DNA of 64,000 nucleotides from an uncultured Faecalibacterium sp. (GCA_964448225.1 CAYUVR010000001.1:37721-101720), one strand, 5' to 3'; shown: positions 44,888 through 55,687, counted from the stretch's first letter. Numbers and translations: made by a program. Notes: generated from the sequence alone by a model not told the origin.

Positions 44888-46159
44888 ATGAGGAATAATT
44901 CGTTTGAATGGCTCAGGCTTGACAATGCCGCCAAAATTTTTCCGGGGCAGAATTCACGTTCGTGGTCAAATGTTTTCCGTGTGGGTGTTCAGCTGAAGGA
45001 AGATGTTGACCCTGAGGTGCTGAAAAAAGCTCTTGATGCCACTTTAAAGAGGATGCCCGGGTTCTGTGTGAGAATCAGAAACGGCTTTTTCTGGCATTAT
45101 TTTGAGAAAAATAAAAAGACTTGTCCGATTATGCCTGACATCAAAAACCTTTGCTACAGAATAAATTTCAAAGAGAATAACGGCTATCTTTTCCGTCTTT
45201 ATTATCACGGCAACCGCATTTCGGTTGATATATATCACGCTTTGTGCGACGGATACGGCGGGGCGGTTTTCATTTCAACTCTGACAGGGGAGTACCTCCG
45301 CCTGAAAGGACACAAGATTTCACACAATCAGTTTGTGCTTGATGTGAATGAGCCGCCGAAGAAAGAAGAAATCGAAGATGCCTATAACCGCTACGCTTCA
45401 TCAAAGGTGAAGTATGACAGAAAGGATAAGTGGGTTTACCATGCCGTCGGCACAAAATTGCCGATGCATCTGTGCAATTATATAATCGGCTTTATGCCCT
45501 TTGAGCAGGTGCACGCCATTGCAAAAAAGTACGGTGTCACCGTGACGGAGTTTTTTGCAGCCTTGCTTCTTGATGTGCATTACAGAAAGCAGCTTCGTGA
45601 AAAGAAAAAACAAAGGGAAGTCAGTGTTCAGATTCCCGTTAATCTCCGAAAAATTTTTCCGTCAGAGACTTTAAGAAACTTCGTTTTGTGTCTCAGGGTT
45701 AAAATTAACCCGAATATGGGTGAGTACACCTTTGAGGAAATTCTCAGAAGTGTATCCTTGCAGCTTCGTCTTGTGAACGATGCAAAATTTCTCAATTCAA
45801 TGATGACTCAGAATATGAAAATTGAGCGTAATCCGGTTGCAAAGTTTTTGCCTTTGCCTGTTAAAAACATCGGCGTTGGTGTTTCATTCCTAATCACGGG
45901 TGAACAGACCACGTCAACTCTTATTTCAAATCTTGGCTCGATTAAGCTGCCCGATGATATGATGGAGCACGTTGAAAGATTTTTGTTCTTCACGGGTCCG
46001 GGCAAGCTCAACGGTGCAAGATGCGGTGTTGTGTCTTTGGGCGACAGCCTTGCTTTCTCTTTCTCAAACTGTTATGAAGAAAGTGACATTGAACGTGAAT
46101 TTTTCACCAGACTTGTCAGAATGGGCGTTCACGTCAAAATTGAAAGCAACAGAGAATAA
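44888..46159 (+). CDS. HxxxD-motif acyltransferase (alcohol acetyltransferase / condensation-domain-like)
   Basis: 423 aa. N-terminal WLRLDNAAKIFP block and catalytic-type motif YHALCDGYGG. Confidence 0.7.
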   Translation: MRNNSFEWLRLDNAAKIFPGQNSRSWSNVFRVGVQLKEDVDPEVLKKALDATLKRMPGFCVRIRNGFFWHYFEKNKKTCPIMPDIKNLCYRINFKENNGYLFRLYYHGNRISVDIYHALCDGYGGAVFISTLTGEYLRLKGHKISHNQFVLDVNEPPKKEEIEDAYNRYASSKVKYDRKDKWVYHAVGTKLPMHLCNYIIGFMPFEQVHAIAKKYGVTVTEFFAALLLDVHYRKQLREKKKQREVSVQIPVNLRKIFPSETLRNFVLCLRVKINPNMGEYTFEEILRSVSLQLRLVNDAKFLNSMMTQNMKIERNPVAKFLPLPVKNIGVGVSFLITGEQTTSTLISNLGSIKLPDDMMEHVERFLFFTGPGKLNGARCGVVSLGDSLAFSFSNCYEESDIEREFFTRLVRMGVHVKIESNRE

Positions 46160-46175
46160 ATAAAGGAGATTCCTT

Positions 46176-46883
46176 ATGTCATATTGTGTAAATTGCGGAG
46201 TTGAACTTGACGAAAGTGCAAAAAGCTGTGCGCTTTGTTCAACACCTGTTATGAATCCCAACAAAGCTGAGACGGAATACGTCACTCTGCCTTTTTCAAG
46301 TGAAGAGCATATTCCTAAATCTGTGAAAGCAAGAATAGTTGCTCTCATTGTGACAATGATACTCGTCGTACCTAATATTGTCTGCCTTCTCATCAATGCT
46401 CTTTTTTTTTCGAGTGCCTTCTGGTCATTTTATATCGGAGCAACATCGTTTCTTTTGTGGGTAATATTTGTTTTTCCCTTCCTCACAAAAAAGCTTCACC
46501 CCTACATAATGTGGGGCTCTGATACTGCCGCTGTTGCACTTTATGTTTATATATTTTTTGCCTTGGGCAACGACACAATCAACTGGTATATTAAAGCTGC
46601 ACTTCCTATTATTTTTGCAAATTCACTACTTATTTTAATTTATATGATTTGGGTGCGCAAAAAGAAAAGACATTGGGCGCTCAAAACTTTACACGTTTTT
46701 GCCGATATCGGCATTAGTGCCCTTATTTGCGGAAGTATTCTTTCCGTTGAACTTTCTGTGCCATACGCTTCAACAATCGGCATCATCACTTTTATCTGTT
46801 TTATGTCAATTGTGGCTTTTCTCAGCTACTGTTATTCAAGCAAAACCATCAGAAAATGGTTTTCAAAAAGACTTTTCACCTGA
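46176..46883 (+). CDS. Zinc-ribbon polytopic membrane protein (I recall this type as DUF6320; unverified)
   Basis: N-terminal CxxC-x10-CxxC (CVNCGVELDESAKSCALC), then about 6 hydrophobic helices. 16 nt downstream of the acyltransferase gene. Confidence 0.7.
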   Translation: MSYCVNCGVELDESAKSCALCSTPVMNPNKAETEYVTLPFSSEEHIPKSVKARIVALIVTMILVVPNIVCLLINALFFSSAFWSFYIGATSFLLWVIFVFPFLTKKLHPYIMWGSDTAAVALYVYIFFALGNDTINWYIKAALPIIFANSLLILIYMIWVRKKKRHWALKTLHVFADIGISALICGSILSVELSVPYASTIGIITFICFMSIVAFLSYCYSSKTIRKWFSKRLFT

Positions 46884-46920
46884 TCATTTTTATGCATAAT
46901 ACTGAAAGGAGGAGGAAAAG

Positions 46921-48717
46921 TTGACAAAATATGAAATATTGAACAAATACTTCGGCTATTCCTCTTTCAGACAGGGACAGGAAGCGCTGATTGACGGAAT
47001 ACTCTGCGGCTCTGATGTTATGGGAATTATGCCGACGGGTGCAGGTAAATCCATCTGTTTTCAGGTGCCTGCATTGATGCTTAAGGGGCTCACAATTGTT
47101 GTTTCGCCCTTGATATCTCTTATGAAAGACCAGGTCAATTCACTTTTGCAATGCGGTGTTCCCTGTGCCTACATAAACGGTTCTCTTTCAGAACAGCAGA
47201 TTGCAAAAGTTCTTTGTGAAATGCAGAAGGGCAGATATAAAATCATTTACGTTGCCCCCGAAAGGCTTGAAACGGGAGCTTTCCTTTCAGCTTGTGAGAA
47301 TACTCCGATTTCAATGCTTTGTGTTGATGAGGCTCATTGTGTGTCTCAATGGGGACACGATTTCAGACCGAGCTATCTTAAAATAAAAGACTTCGTTTCT
47401 TCTTTCAAAAAACGTCCCGTTCTCTGTGCCTTTACGGCTACTGCAACACAGAAGGTCAGAGGGGATATAGTATCTCTCATCGGTTTGAATGATCCTGTCA
47501 CAACCGTAACAGGCTTTGACAGGGAAAACCTTTATTTTGAGGTTGTCCGTCCCAAAGACAAGCTGACGGCACTCAGACGTTACCTTGACCTTTTTTCGGG
47601 CAGAAGCGGAATTGTATACTGCTCTTCAAGAAGAAATGTTGATGTGCTTTATGAGCTTTTGTCAAATGAAAAGTACAGCGTCACAAAATATCACGCAGGA
47701 CTTCCAAAGCAGATGCGAAAGGAAAACCAGGAACTTTTCATAAATGATGAAAAGGAGATTATCATTGCTACCAATGCTTTTGGAATGGGTATTGATAAAT
47801 CAAATGTTTCATTTGTCATTCATTATAATATGCCCGGCGACATTGAAAGCTATTATCAGGAGGCAGGCAGGGCAGGCCGTGACGGCGAAAGTGCTGACTG
47901 CATTTTGCTTTATAACGGTGCTGATGTCAGAACGCAGCGTTATTTCATCGATAATCCGGAAGAAAACCTTGAGCTTACCGAAAAAGAAAAGGAAGAAATC
48001 CGTCGGCTCCGTATTCGCAAGCTTGAACAGATGGTTGAATATGCGACGGGTAATGTTTGCCTGAGAGATTATATGCTTCGCTATTTCGGTGAAAAAGGCA
48101 AAACCAAATGCTGCAACTGCTCTGTTTGCAACGGCAGCGGCACAAGTGTTGATGTCACAACTCAGGCACAGAAGATTTTTTCTCTTATCAAGCGTGTGGG
48201 CGAAAAAGAGAATAAGCAGACAGTTCTGCAGCTTCTCAAAGGCAATGTGAATGAATATATACTTTCAAAAGAGCTGGATAAAATCAAAACCTTCGGTGCT
48301 ATGCAGGATGCCGCTGAAAGTCAGATTCTTCTGCACATTGATTATTTCATCAAGCACGCATTTATCAAAGTTGACTCAGAGGGTAAGCTTTCACTTGCGC
48401 AAAAGTGCAAAGGTGTGCTTTTTGAAGGCAAGAAAATCAGAAAAATGCTCCCTAAAACAGAAAAAACACCTGAAACTTCGTCAAGTGATGCAGTTGACAT
48501 CAAATTGCTTTTGAAGCTCAAGGTTCTCAGAAAAGAGCTGGCAAAAAAAGCAGGTGTGCCCGATTTCATTGTGCTGACCGATGCGGTGCTCAAGAATCTT
48601 GCAATCCAAAAGCCGAAGAGTGTCGGTGAATTGTCACTTATACAGGGTATGCCCGAGCATAAAGTGAAAAAATACGGCCCGGTGTTTCTGACTGTTATAA
48701 ACCGGCATTGTTCATGA
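46921..48717 (+). CDS. recQ: ATP-dependent DNA helicase RecQ
   Basis: FGYSSFRQGQ start, Walker A PTGAGKS, DEAH box (VDEAHCVSQWGHDFR), zinc cluster CCNCSVC, C-terminal HRDC-like region. TTG start after AAAGGAGGAGG. Confidence 0.9.
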   Translation: MTKYEILNKYFGYSSFRQGQEALIDGILCGSDVMGIMPTGAGKSICFQVPALMLKGLTIVVSPLISLMKDQVNSLLQCGVPCAYINGSLSEQQIAKVLCEMQKGRYKIIYVAPERLETGAFLSACENTPISMLCVDEAHCVSQWGHDFRPSYLKIKDFVSSFKKRPVLCAFTATATQKVRGDIVSLIGLNDPVTTVTGFDRENLYFEVVRPKDKLTALRRYLDLFSGRSGIVYCSSRRNVDVLYELLSNEKYSVTKYHAGLPKQMRKENQELFINDEKEIIIATNAFGMGIDKSNVSFVIHYNMPGDIESYYQEAGRAGRDGESADCILLYNGADVRTQRYFIDNPEENLELTEKEKEEIRRLRIRKLEQMVEYATGNVCLRDYMLRYFGEKGKTKCCNCSVCNGSGTSVDVTTQAQKIFSLIKRVGEKENKQTVLQLLKGNVNEYILSKELDKIKTFGAMQDAAESQILLHIDYFIKHAFIKVDSEGKLSLAQKCKGVLFEGKKIRKMLPKTEKTPETSSSDAVDIKLLLKLKVLRKELAKKAGVPDFIVLTDAVLKNLAIQKPKSVGELSLIQGMPEHKVKKYGPVFLTVINRHCS

Positions 48718-48788
48718 TATTATTGAAATAAGTTCACTATAATGATATAATAAAAAAATAACAATTTTTAAGAAAGGGTGAAAAGGAT

Positions 48789-50828
48789 ATGAGCCGAAAA
48801 AAATGGTGCGTTTGCGAACTTGATAAAGATTTGGCATCAGATATTGCGGCGGAGTATGACCTTGACCCCTTTGCCGCCCTTCTTCTCACCTCTAGGGGAA
48901 TAGTTGACGAAGAAGAAATTGACGAGTTCTTTTCAATGACTCCCAATCTTTGTGATCCCTTCGAAATCAAGGATATGGACAAGGCTGTGGAAAGAATCAA
49001 TCTTGCCTTGGAAAAGGACGAGCTTATTGCGGTTTACGGCGACTATGATGCCGACGGTGTTACCGCAACAGCTTTGCTTTATTCTTATCTTCAGATGAAC
49101 GGCTACAGAGTTATTACATATATTCCCGACCGCAATGAAGAAGGCTACGGTCTTAACAAAAACGCAATCAAGACACTTTTCGAAAAAGGGGTTAATTTAA
49201 TCGTAACCGTTGACAACGGCGTTTCAGCCTATGAGGAGACAGAGTATATCAAAGAGCTTGGAATGGATATTGTCATCACCGACCACCATAAGGTGCCGGA
49301 AAGGCTCCCCAATGCCTGTGCTGTTGTTGACCCCCACCGTCCCGACTGCCCTTCTTCTTTCAAGGAATGGTCAGGTGTCGGTGTTGCCTTCAAGCTTGTC
49401 TGTGCCCTTTCGGACGGTGACAATGAAGAAAATCTTTCTTTATTCTCGGATCTTGTGACAATTGGCACAATCGGTGACATCGTTTCGCTCACAGGAGAAA
49501 ACAGAACAATCGTCAAATACGGACTTAAAGCTATTAACGAAGGTAACAATCTCGGCATTGAACAGCTCAAAAAAGTTGCAGGTGTTGAGGGGAAAACTAT
49601 CAATGCAACCTCCGTTGCTTTTTCGCTTGTGCCGAGAATAAATGCAATCGGAAGAACGGGTAAGGCTTCTCAGGCTCTTTCGCTCCTTTTGAGTGAAGAT
49701 GTTGAAAAGGCGGAGGAAAGCGTTGCACTTGTTGACAGAGCAAATGCTGAAAGGCAGGAGCTTGAAAAAGCAATAACTGCCGAAGCGCAAAAGCAGATTG
49801 AAAACAATCCGGAAATGTTAAACAGCCGAGTGCTTATCTTTTCCGGTGAGAATTGGCACGGGGGAGTTATAGGTATTGTTGCCGCCCGTCTTGTGCAAAA
49901 ATACGGCAAGCCCTGCATTGTAATCACCGATGACGGCAAAGAAGCAAAAGGCTCAGCAAGAAGTATCGACGGCTTTTCTCTTTACGATGCACTTTGCTCA
50001 TGCTGTGAGCTTATGACTCATTTCGGAGGTCACGTTCTTGCGGCAGGCTTCGGTATGAAAAGTGAAAATCTGCCTTTGTTCAAAAAGGCAATTGAAGAAT
50101 ACGCAAAAAAAGTGCAGATGCCCTTCCAGAAAACAGAGCTTGACTGCAAGCTTCGTCCCGAATTTATAAATGCGGACATTCTCAATGTTATTGCAGCACT
50201 CGAGCCCTTTGGCGCAGGCAATCCTCAGCCTGTGTTCGGGCTTTACGGTATGCACCTTCATTCCGTTCAACCTATCGGAGGTGGGAAGCATCTTCGCTTG
50301 ACCTTGAAAAGGGGAAACAGCACCATCACCGCACTCCTTTTCGGTACTGCTCAGGCTGATTTTCCTTATATGGCGGGCGATATTCTTGACCTTGCAGTCC
50401 GTCTTGAAAGGAACGAATATATGGGGCAGGTCAAGGTCAGTGTCTATATCAAAGATATCAGAATGTCGGGCACAGATGATGATAAGTTTCTAAAAAGTGT
50501 CAGACTATATGAAAAAATCAAACGGCAAGACCATCTGACGGAAAAGGAAGCACGGTTTGCCTTGCCGTCACGTCAGTTTGTCGGCGAGCTTTATCGTCTT
50601 ATCAGAGACAGCGGAGGCTGGCATTATGACATTGACGTTTTGTGTTACCGTCTTAATGATGACGGCAGTAATGCCTGCAAGGTGCTTGTCGGCATTGATG
50701 CACTTTGTGAACTCGGAATACTCAATAAGAAAAAGGGTAACATTACCCTTGACGATATACAAAAGAAGGTAAATCTGGATAATTCCTCATTACTTTCATA
50801 TCTTAAAAACTATAAAGCGGAAATTTAA
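48789..50828 (+). CDS. recJ: Single-stranded-DNA-specific exonuclease RecJ
   Basis: DHH motifs (YGDYDADGV, VTVDNG, ITDHH) and a DHHA1 region (GGHVLAAG). Confidence 0.9.
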   Translation: MSRKKWCVCELDKDLASDIAAEYDLDPFAALLLTSRGIVDEEEIDEFFSMTPNLCDPFEIKDMDKAVERINLALEKDELIAVYGDYDADGVTATALLYSYLQMNGYRVITYIPDRNEEGYGLNKNAIKTLFEKGVNLIVTVDNGVSAYEETEYIKELGMDIVITDHHKVPERLPNACAVVDPHRPDCPSSFKEWSGVGVAFKLVCALSDGDNEENLSLFSDLVTIGTIGDIVSLTGENRTIVKYGLKAINEGNNLGIEQLKKVAGVEGKTINATSVAFSLVPRINAIGRTGKASQALSLLLSEDVEKAEESVALVDRANAERQELEKAITAEAQKQIENNPEMLNSRVLIFSGENWHGGVIGIVAARLVQKYGKPCIVITDDGKEAKGSARSIDGFSLYDALCSCCELMTHFGGHVLAAGFGMKSENLPLFKKAIEEYAKKVQMPFQKTELDCKLRPEFINADILNVIAALEPFGAGNPQPVFGLYGMHLHSVQPIGGGKHLRLTLKRGNSTITALLFGTAQADFPYMAGDILDLAVRLERNEYMGQVKVSVYIKDIRMSGTDDDKFLKSVRLYEKIKRQDHLTEKEARFALPSRQFVGELYRLIRDSGGWHYDIDVLCYRLNDDGSNACKVLVGIDALCELGILNKKKGNITLDDIQKKVNLDNSSLLSYLKNYKAEI

Positions 50829-50846
50829 AGAAAGGAGAGTTGAATT

Positions 50847-53042
50847 ATGACACAGGAATACGATACCGGCTATGAAAAACTTGCCGAATCCCTTGAGGGA
50901 AACTTTGCCGATAAAGATTTGGAAAAAATCAACAAGGCATATTCCATTGCTTATGAAGCTCACAAAAACCAGAAGCGCCGTTCGGGTGAGCCTTATATCA
51001 TTCATCCCGTTGCCGTTGCGCAGATTCTCTGTAATATGGGTATGGACTCAGATTCAATTTGTGCTGCTCTCCTTCACGATGTTGTTGAAGACACCGAAAT
51101 GACCGATGAAGACATCAGAAGTATGTTCGGCAAAGATGTTGAGCATCTTGTTGAGGGTGTCACAAAGCTCGGTCAGATTCCTCTTTCGGCAAGTAAAGAA
51201 GAACAGCAAAGCGAAAATGTGAGAAAAATGTTTCTTGCAATGAGTGAGGACATCAGAGTTATCATCATCAAGCTCGCTGACCGCCTTCACAATATGAGAA
51301 CTCTCAAATTTATGCCCGAGGAAAAGCGACTTTATAAAGCCCGTGAAACCCTCGAAATTTATGCTCCCATTGCTCACCGTCTCGGTATCCGTGCCTTTAA
51401 AGAGGAGCTTGAAGATCTTGCAATCAGCTTTCTTGATACCGTTGCATATAACGAAATTGCAAAAACTCTTGAACAGCAGGTGGAATCCCGGCAGCTGTTC
51501 CTTGACAATATTAAAGCAGAAATTCTTGAAAGAGTCAGACAGGAAGTACCCAATGTTCACATTGAGGGCAGAATCAAGTCCGTTCACGGTATTTACAGAA
51601 AAACCTATATGAAGGACAAAACCATCGATGAAATTTATGACATCTACGCTGTCAGACTGATTGTTGATTCTGTTTATGAATGCTATTGCTGTCTCGGTAT
51701 TATCCACGATATGTTCAATCCCATTCCGGGACGCTTCAAGGATTATATCTCAACACCGAAGCCTAATATGTATCAGTCTCTTCACACCACTGTTATCGGC
51801 AAGGCGGGCGTTCCCTTTGAAGTGCAGATAAGAACCTGGGAAATGCATCACACTGCCGAATACGGTATTGCCGCCCATTGGAAGTATAAACTCGGAATGA
51901 ACGGCAAGCAGAAGTTTGAAGAAAAGCTTTCCTGGATAAGACAGCTTCTTGAAAGTCAGAAGGAAAGTGACGATGTTGAAGATATCGTCAAAACTATCAA
52001 AACTGACTTCGTGCCCGATGAGGTTTTCGCTTTCACTCCCAAGGGTGATGTTATCAGCCTTCCTATGGGCTCGTGTATTATCGACTTTGCTTATGCCATT
52101 CACTCGGGTGTCGGAAACAAAATGATTGGCGCCAAGGCTGACGGCAGAATCACCACACTTGACCACAAGATAAATAACGGCGAAATTATTGAAATTCTCA
52201 CCACCTCATCACAGGGCAAAGGACCCAGCCGTGACTGGCTGAAAATTGCCAAAACCGCATCTGCAAAAAGCAAAATCAGACAATGGTTCAAAAAAGAAAA
52301 ACGTGATGAAAACATTGCCGAAGGTAAGGCAGAGGTTGAAAGAGAATTCAAGCGCAACAACATAAATCTGCCCGAAAAGCAGATGACGGAATTTATTGCC
52401 AAAATTGCTGAAAGACAGCATTGCAACACCGCTGACGATTTCTATGCTGCAATCGGCTACGGCGGAATTACCTTCACCAAGCTCATTCCGAGAATCAAAG
52501 AGGATTACCTCAAATTGGTCAAGGAAACTCAGTCTCAGCAAGAGCAGACTGTTATCACCGCTCCTGCGAAAAAGACTGTCAAGAGCGCTGAGGGTATTAT
52601 TATTGAGGGCATTGATAATTGCCTTATCAAATTCTCGCGCTGTTGTGACCCGTTGCCGGGTGATGAAATAATCGGATTCATCACAAGAGGTCACGGAGTT
52701 TCAATTCATACAAGAAAATGCTCAAACGTGCCTAAAAATATCGCCTCGTGCGCAGAGCCCGAACGCTGGATAAATGCCACTTGGGACACCAAGGTTCAGA
52801 ATTCTTACCGTGTAACACTTGCCATTACCTGTATGGACAGAGTGGGTATGCTTGCTGACCTTTCGGCGGTTATTGCAAATATGCACGTTATGATTCACTC
52901 CATTTTCACAAAGGACTCAAATGACGGCAGGTCAACAATCTATATGACAATCACTGTCAACGGTGCAGAGCATATGAAGAGCGTTTGTGAAAAGCTGAAA
53001 AAAGTCAAGGGTGTTCTTTCGACAGAACGTTCCGGACTGTAA
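50847..53042 (+). CDS. relA: Bifunctional (p)ppGpp synthetase/hydrolase
   Basis: 731 aa. HD hydrolase motif (LLHDVVEDT), synthetase block (YRSLHTTV-type YQSLHTTV), TGS and ACT regions. Confidence 0.95.
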   Translation: MTQEYDTGYEKLAESLEGNFADKDLEKINKAYSIAYEAHKNQKRRSGEPYIIHPVAVAQILCNMGMDSDSICAALLHDVVEDTEMTDEDIRSMFGKDVEHLVEGVTKLGQIPLSASKEEQQSENVRKMFLAMSEDIRVIIIKLADRLHNMRTLKFMPEEKRLYKARETLEIYAPIAHRLGIRAFKEELEDLAISFLDTVAYNEIAKTLEQQVESRQLFLDNIKAEILERVRQEVPNVHIEGRIKSVHGIYRKTYMKDKTIDEIYDIYAVRLIVDSVYECYCCLGIIHDMFNPIPGRFKDYISTPKPNMYQSLHTTVIGKAGVPFEVQIRTWEMHHTAEYGIAAHWKYKLGMNGKQKFEEKLSWIRQLLESQKESDDVEDIVKTIKTDFVPDEVFAFTPKGDVISLPMGSCIIDFAYAIHSGVGNKMIGAKADGRITTLDHKINNGEIIEILTTSSQGKGPSRDWLKIAKTASAKSKIRQWFKKEKRDENIAEGKAEVEREFKRNNINLPEKQMTEFIAKIAERQHCNTADDFYAAIGYGGITFTKLIPRIKEDYLKLVKETQSQQEQTVITAPAKKTVKSAEGIIIEGIDNCLIKFSRCCDPLPGDEIIGFITRGHGVSIHTRKCSNVPKNIASCAEPERWINATWDTKVQNSYRVTLAITCMDRVGMLADLSAVIANMHVMIHSIFTKDSNDGRSTIYMTITVNGAEHMKSVCEKLKKVKGVLSTERSGL

Positions 53043-53066
53043 GCAAAGCCGTTTTAACGGCTTTGC
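53043..53066 (+). terminator. Hairpin after relA (weak terminator or processing site)
   Basis: 9-bp stem GCAAAGCCG/CGGCUUUGC with no clear U tract. Confidence 0.35.
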
Positions 53067-53101
53067 GATGAAATATTTAAAACTTAACAAGGAATATTTA
53101 T

Positions 53102-53557
53102 ATGAAAGCAGTTATTCAAAGGGTTTCAAATGCAAAGGTTACCGTTGACGGTGAAGTTACGGGCGAAATCGGTTTAGGTTTTCTTGTCCTTCTGGGTGTT
53201 ACCGAAGAAGACACGGAAAAGGAAACGAAGCTTCTTGCAAAGAAGGTTTCAGAAATCCGCATTTTCACAGACGAAAACGACAAAATGAATCTGTCACTTG
53301 ACAAGGTTGACGGTGAAGTTCTTGTTGTATCCCAGTTCACCTTGTGTGCTGACCTTTCCCACGGCAGAAGACCGTCATTTATAAAGTCTGCAAAGCCTGA
53401 CATCGCAAATGACTTGTATGAGAAGTTCTGTGAGGAACTGAGAAACTTAGGAGTCAGAAAGGTTGCAACAGGCATTTTCGGTGCAGATATGAAGGTTGAA
53501 CTTCTCAATGACGGTCCTGTTACAATCATTATGAACACAGACGAGTGGAAAAAATAA
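53102..53557 (+). CDS. dtd: D-aminoacyl-tRNA deacylase
   Basis: 151 aa. MKAVIQRV start and SQFTL motif. Confidence 0.92.
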   Translation: MKAVIQRVSNAKVTVDGEVTGEIGLGFLVLLGVTEEDTEKETKLLAKKVSEIRIFTDENDKMNLSLDKVDGEVLVVSQFTLCADLSHGRRPSFIKSAKPDIANDLYEKFCEELRNLGVRKVATGIFGADMKVELLNDGPVTIIMNTDEWKK

Positions 53558-53592
53558 CACGCAATTGCGAATTGAGAAAACGGGGGTTTACA

Positions 53593-54225
53593 ATGTCACT
53601 TCAGTTAAAAACATTTTTTCCCGGTATGGTTGCAGCCAATTGCTATATAATCAAAGATATTGAAAGCGGTGAAGCTGCTGTTGTTGATGCGGGAACTTAT
53701 AACGCAAAGCTTGAAACTACCATTAAAAGTATGGGCATTGAAAAGCTGAAATATATTCTTCTTACTCACGGCCACTTTGACCACATTATGGGTGTTCAAA
53801 AGCTCAAAAGAAACTTTGGCGGCGAAATCGTCATTCACGAAAACGACGCTGATTGCCTTTCTGACAGCAAAAAGAGCTTATCAGCCGTCTGGGGCTTTAT
53901 GTGTCCCGGCTTTTCTGCGGATTTAACTGTCAAAGACGGGGATACCCTCTTTTTAGGCAATGAAAGAATTGAAGTCATCCACACTCCCGGTCATACCGTT
54001 GGCAGTGTGTGCTATAAAACAGATAAAATCCTTTTTTCAGGCGATACGCTGTTTCATATGACCTGCGGCAGAACGGATTTTCCCGGCGGCAGTATGGAAC
54101 AGATGACGGACTCCCTGAAAAAACTGTCTTGTCTTTCCGGCGAATACAGAGTTTGTCCCGGTCATGACAGAGAAAGCACCCTCAGTTTTGAAAAAGACAA
54201 CAATCCTTGTATGAAAGGTATTTAA
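53593..54225 (+). CDS. MBL-fold metallo-hydrolase
   Basis: HxHxDH motif (LTHGHFDH). Start set at ATG 53593; the ORF-track start overlaps dtd. Confidence 0.85.
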   Translation: MSLQLKTFFPGMVAANCYIIKDIESGEAAVVDAGTYNAKLETTIKSMGIEKLKYILLTHGHFDHIMGVQKLKRNFGGEIVIHENDADCLSDSKKSLSAVWGFMCPGFSADLTVKDGDTLFLGNERIEVIHTPGHTVGSVCYKTDKILFSGDTLFHMTCGRTDFPGGSMEQMTDSLKKLSCLSGEYRVCPGHDRESTLSFEKDNNPCMKGI

Positions 54226-54226
54226 G

Positions 54227-55687
54227 ATGTATCTTATTAACCGAAACCATAAATTCCATTATGAAACGGAAAATCTTTTAAGAATATTTTTCCCTGAAAA
54301 AATAGTTGTCACCGACGAAATACCCGAAGGTGAGGACTATGTTCTGACTGAGCTTACTGACAGAATAACGGTAGAGCTTCATTCAGGCAATGAAAGTTAT
54401 TCGGCTTTTTATATCTGTGAAGAAAACGAAACTGATGACAGCATTCTTGAAAGGAAAATGGCTGTTCTGATGTTCAATCTTCTGCAAGAATATACTCTCT
54501 ATACTCCGCCTTGGGGTATTCTCACGGGAGTGCGTCCGGCAAAGCTTATGACCAACCTTATAAAGGATATGGGCGAAGAAGAAACTCTCAGATATTTCAC
54601 AAACGAACTGAAAGTAAGTGAAGAAAAAACAGCCCTTGCCAACATGGTATCAAAGGCAGAAAATCCGATAATAACCGATGCAAGTGCGCCAGATTCTTTC
54701 TCACTTTATATTTCAATTCCCTTTTGTCCCACAAGGTGCAGTTATTGCTCTTTCATTTCCCACTCTAATGAGAGCGCTAAAAAGCTTATTCCCGAATATG
54801 TGGAAAAGCTCTGTGATGAAATCAGGGCGACAGGGAACATTGCAAAGAAAATTAAACTTAAACTTGAAAGTATATACATAGGCGGCGGCACACCCACCGT
54901 TCTTTCAGCAAATCAGCTCAAAAAGATAACTGATTGCGTAAAAGAAAACTTTGAACCGGAGAATATCAAGGAGTACACAATTGAAGCAGGCAGACCCGAC
55001 AGCGTGACAGACGATAAATTCAAGGTTATAAAAGAAAGCGGCTGCACAAGAATCAGCATCAACCCTCAGACCTTCAACGATGATGTGCTGGAGGAAATCG
55101 GACGAAAGCACACATCTCAGATGACGCTTGATGCAATGGCTCTTGCAAGGGAAAACGGCTTTACAAATATCAATATGGATCTTATTGCAGGTCTTCCCGC
55201 CGATACTCTTGACTCCTTCAAAAATACACTTGATACAGCACTTTCTCTTTCACCTGAAAATGTAACGGTGCATACTCTTGCACTGAAACGCTCGTCAAAT
55301 ATTGTGACAGAAAATCGTCGCACAAACTCAGGCGCTCTTGTTTCCGATATGCTCTCTCTTGCACAGAGTAAGCTTACTCAGGCAGGATATATTCCTTATT
55401 ATATGTACCGTCAGAGCAAGTGCCTCGGCAACCTTGAAAACGTAGGTTGGGCAAAAAAAGGTTATGAAGGACTTTATAATGTCTATATGATGGAGGAGTG
55501 TCACACGGTTCTGGGTGTGGGTGCAGGTGCTGTCATTAAACTTAAAGCTCCTGCTTCAAAAGAAATTGAACGCATTTTTAACTATAAATATCCATACGAA
55601 TATATAAGTGGCTTTGAGGAAATCTTAAAGCGCAAAGAATATATTTACGAATTCTATGGGAAATTCGATATGACAGGTGATATTTAA
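54227..55687 (+). CDS. Radical SAM protein, HemZ/HemN-like (coproporphyrinogen dehydrogenase family)
   Basis: CxxxCxxC cluster (CPTRCSYCSF), 486 aa with an N-terminal extension as in HemZ-type proteins. Confidence 0.8.
   Translation: MYLINRNHKFHYETENLLRIFFPEKIVVTDEIPEGEDYVLTELTDRITVELHSGNESYSAFYICEENETDDSILERKMAVLMFNLLQEYTLYTPPWGILTGVRPAKLMTNLIKDMGEEETLRYFTNELKVSEEKTALANMVSKAENPIITDASAPDSFSLYISIPFCPTRCSYCSFISHSNESAKKLIPEYVEKLCDEIRATGNIAKKIKLKLESIYIGGGTPTVLSANQLKKITDCVKENFEPENIKEYTIEAGRPDSVTDDKFKVIKESGCTRISINPQTFNDDVLEEIGRKHTSQMTLDAMALARENGFTNINMDLIAGLPADTLDSFKNTLDTALSLSPENVTVHTLALKRSSNIVTENRRTNSGALVSDMLSLAQSKLTQAGYIPYYMYRQSKCLGNLENVGWAKKGYEGLYNVYMMEECHTVLGVGAGAVIKLKAPASKEIERIFNYKYPYEYISGFEEILKRKEYIYEFYGKFDMTGDI

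Noticed and set aside
44872-44898. Duplicated ATGAGGAAT (44872 and 44888) creates an 8-codon upstream ORF that overlaps the acyltransferase start.
   Set aside because: The first ATG has no SD. The GAGGA inside the first copy is the SD for the real start at 44888.
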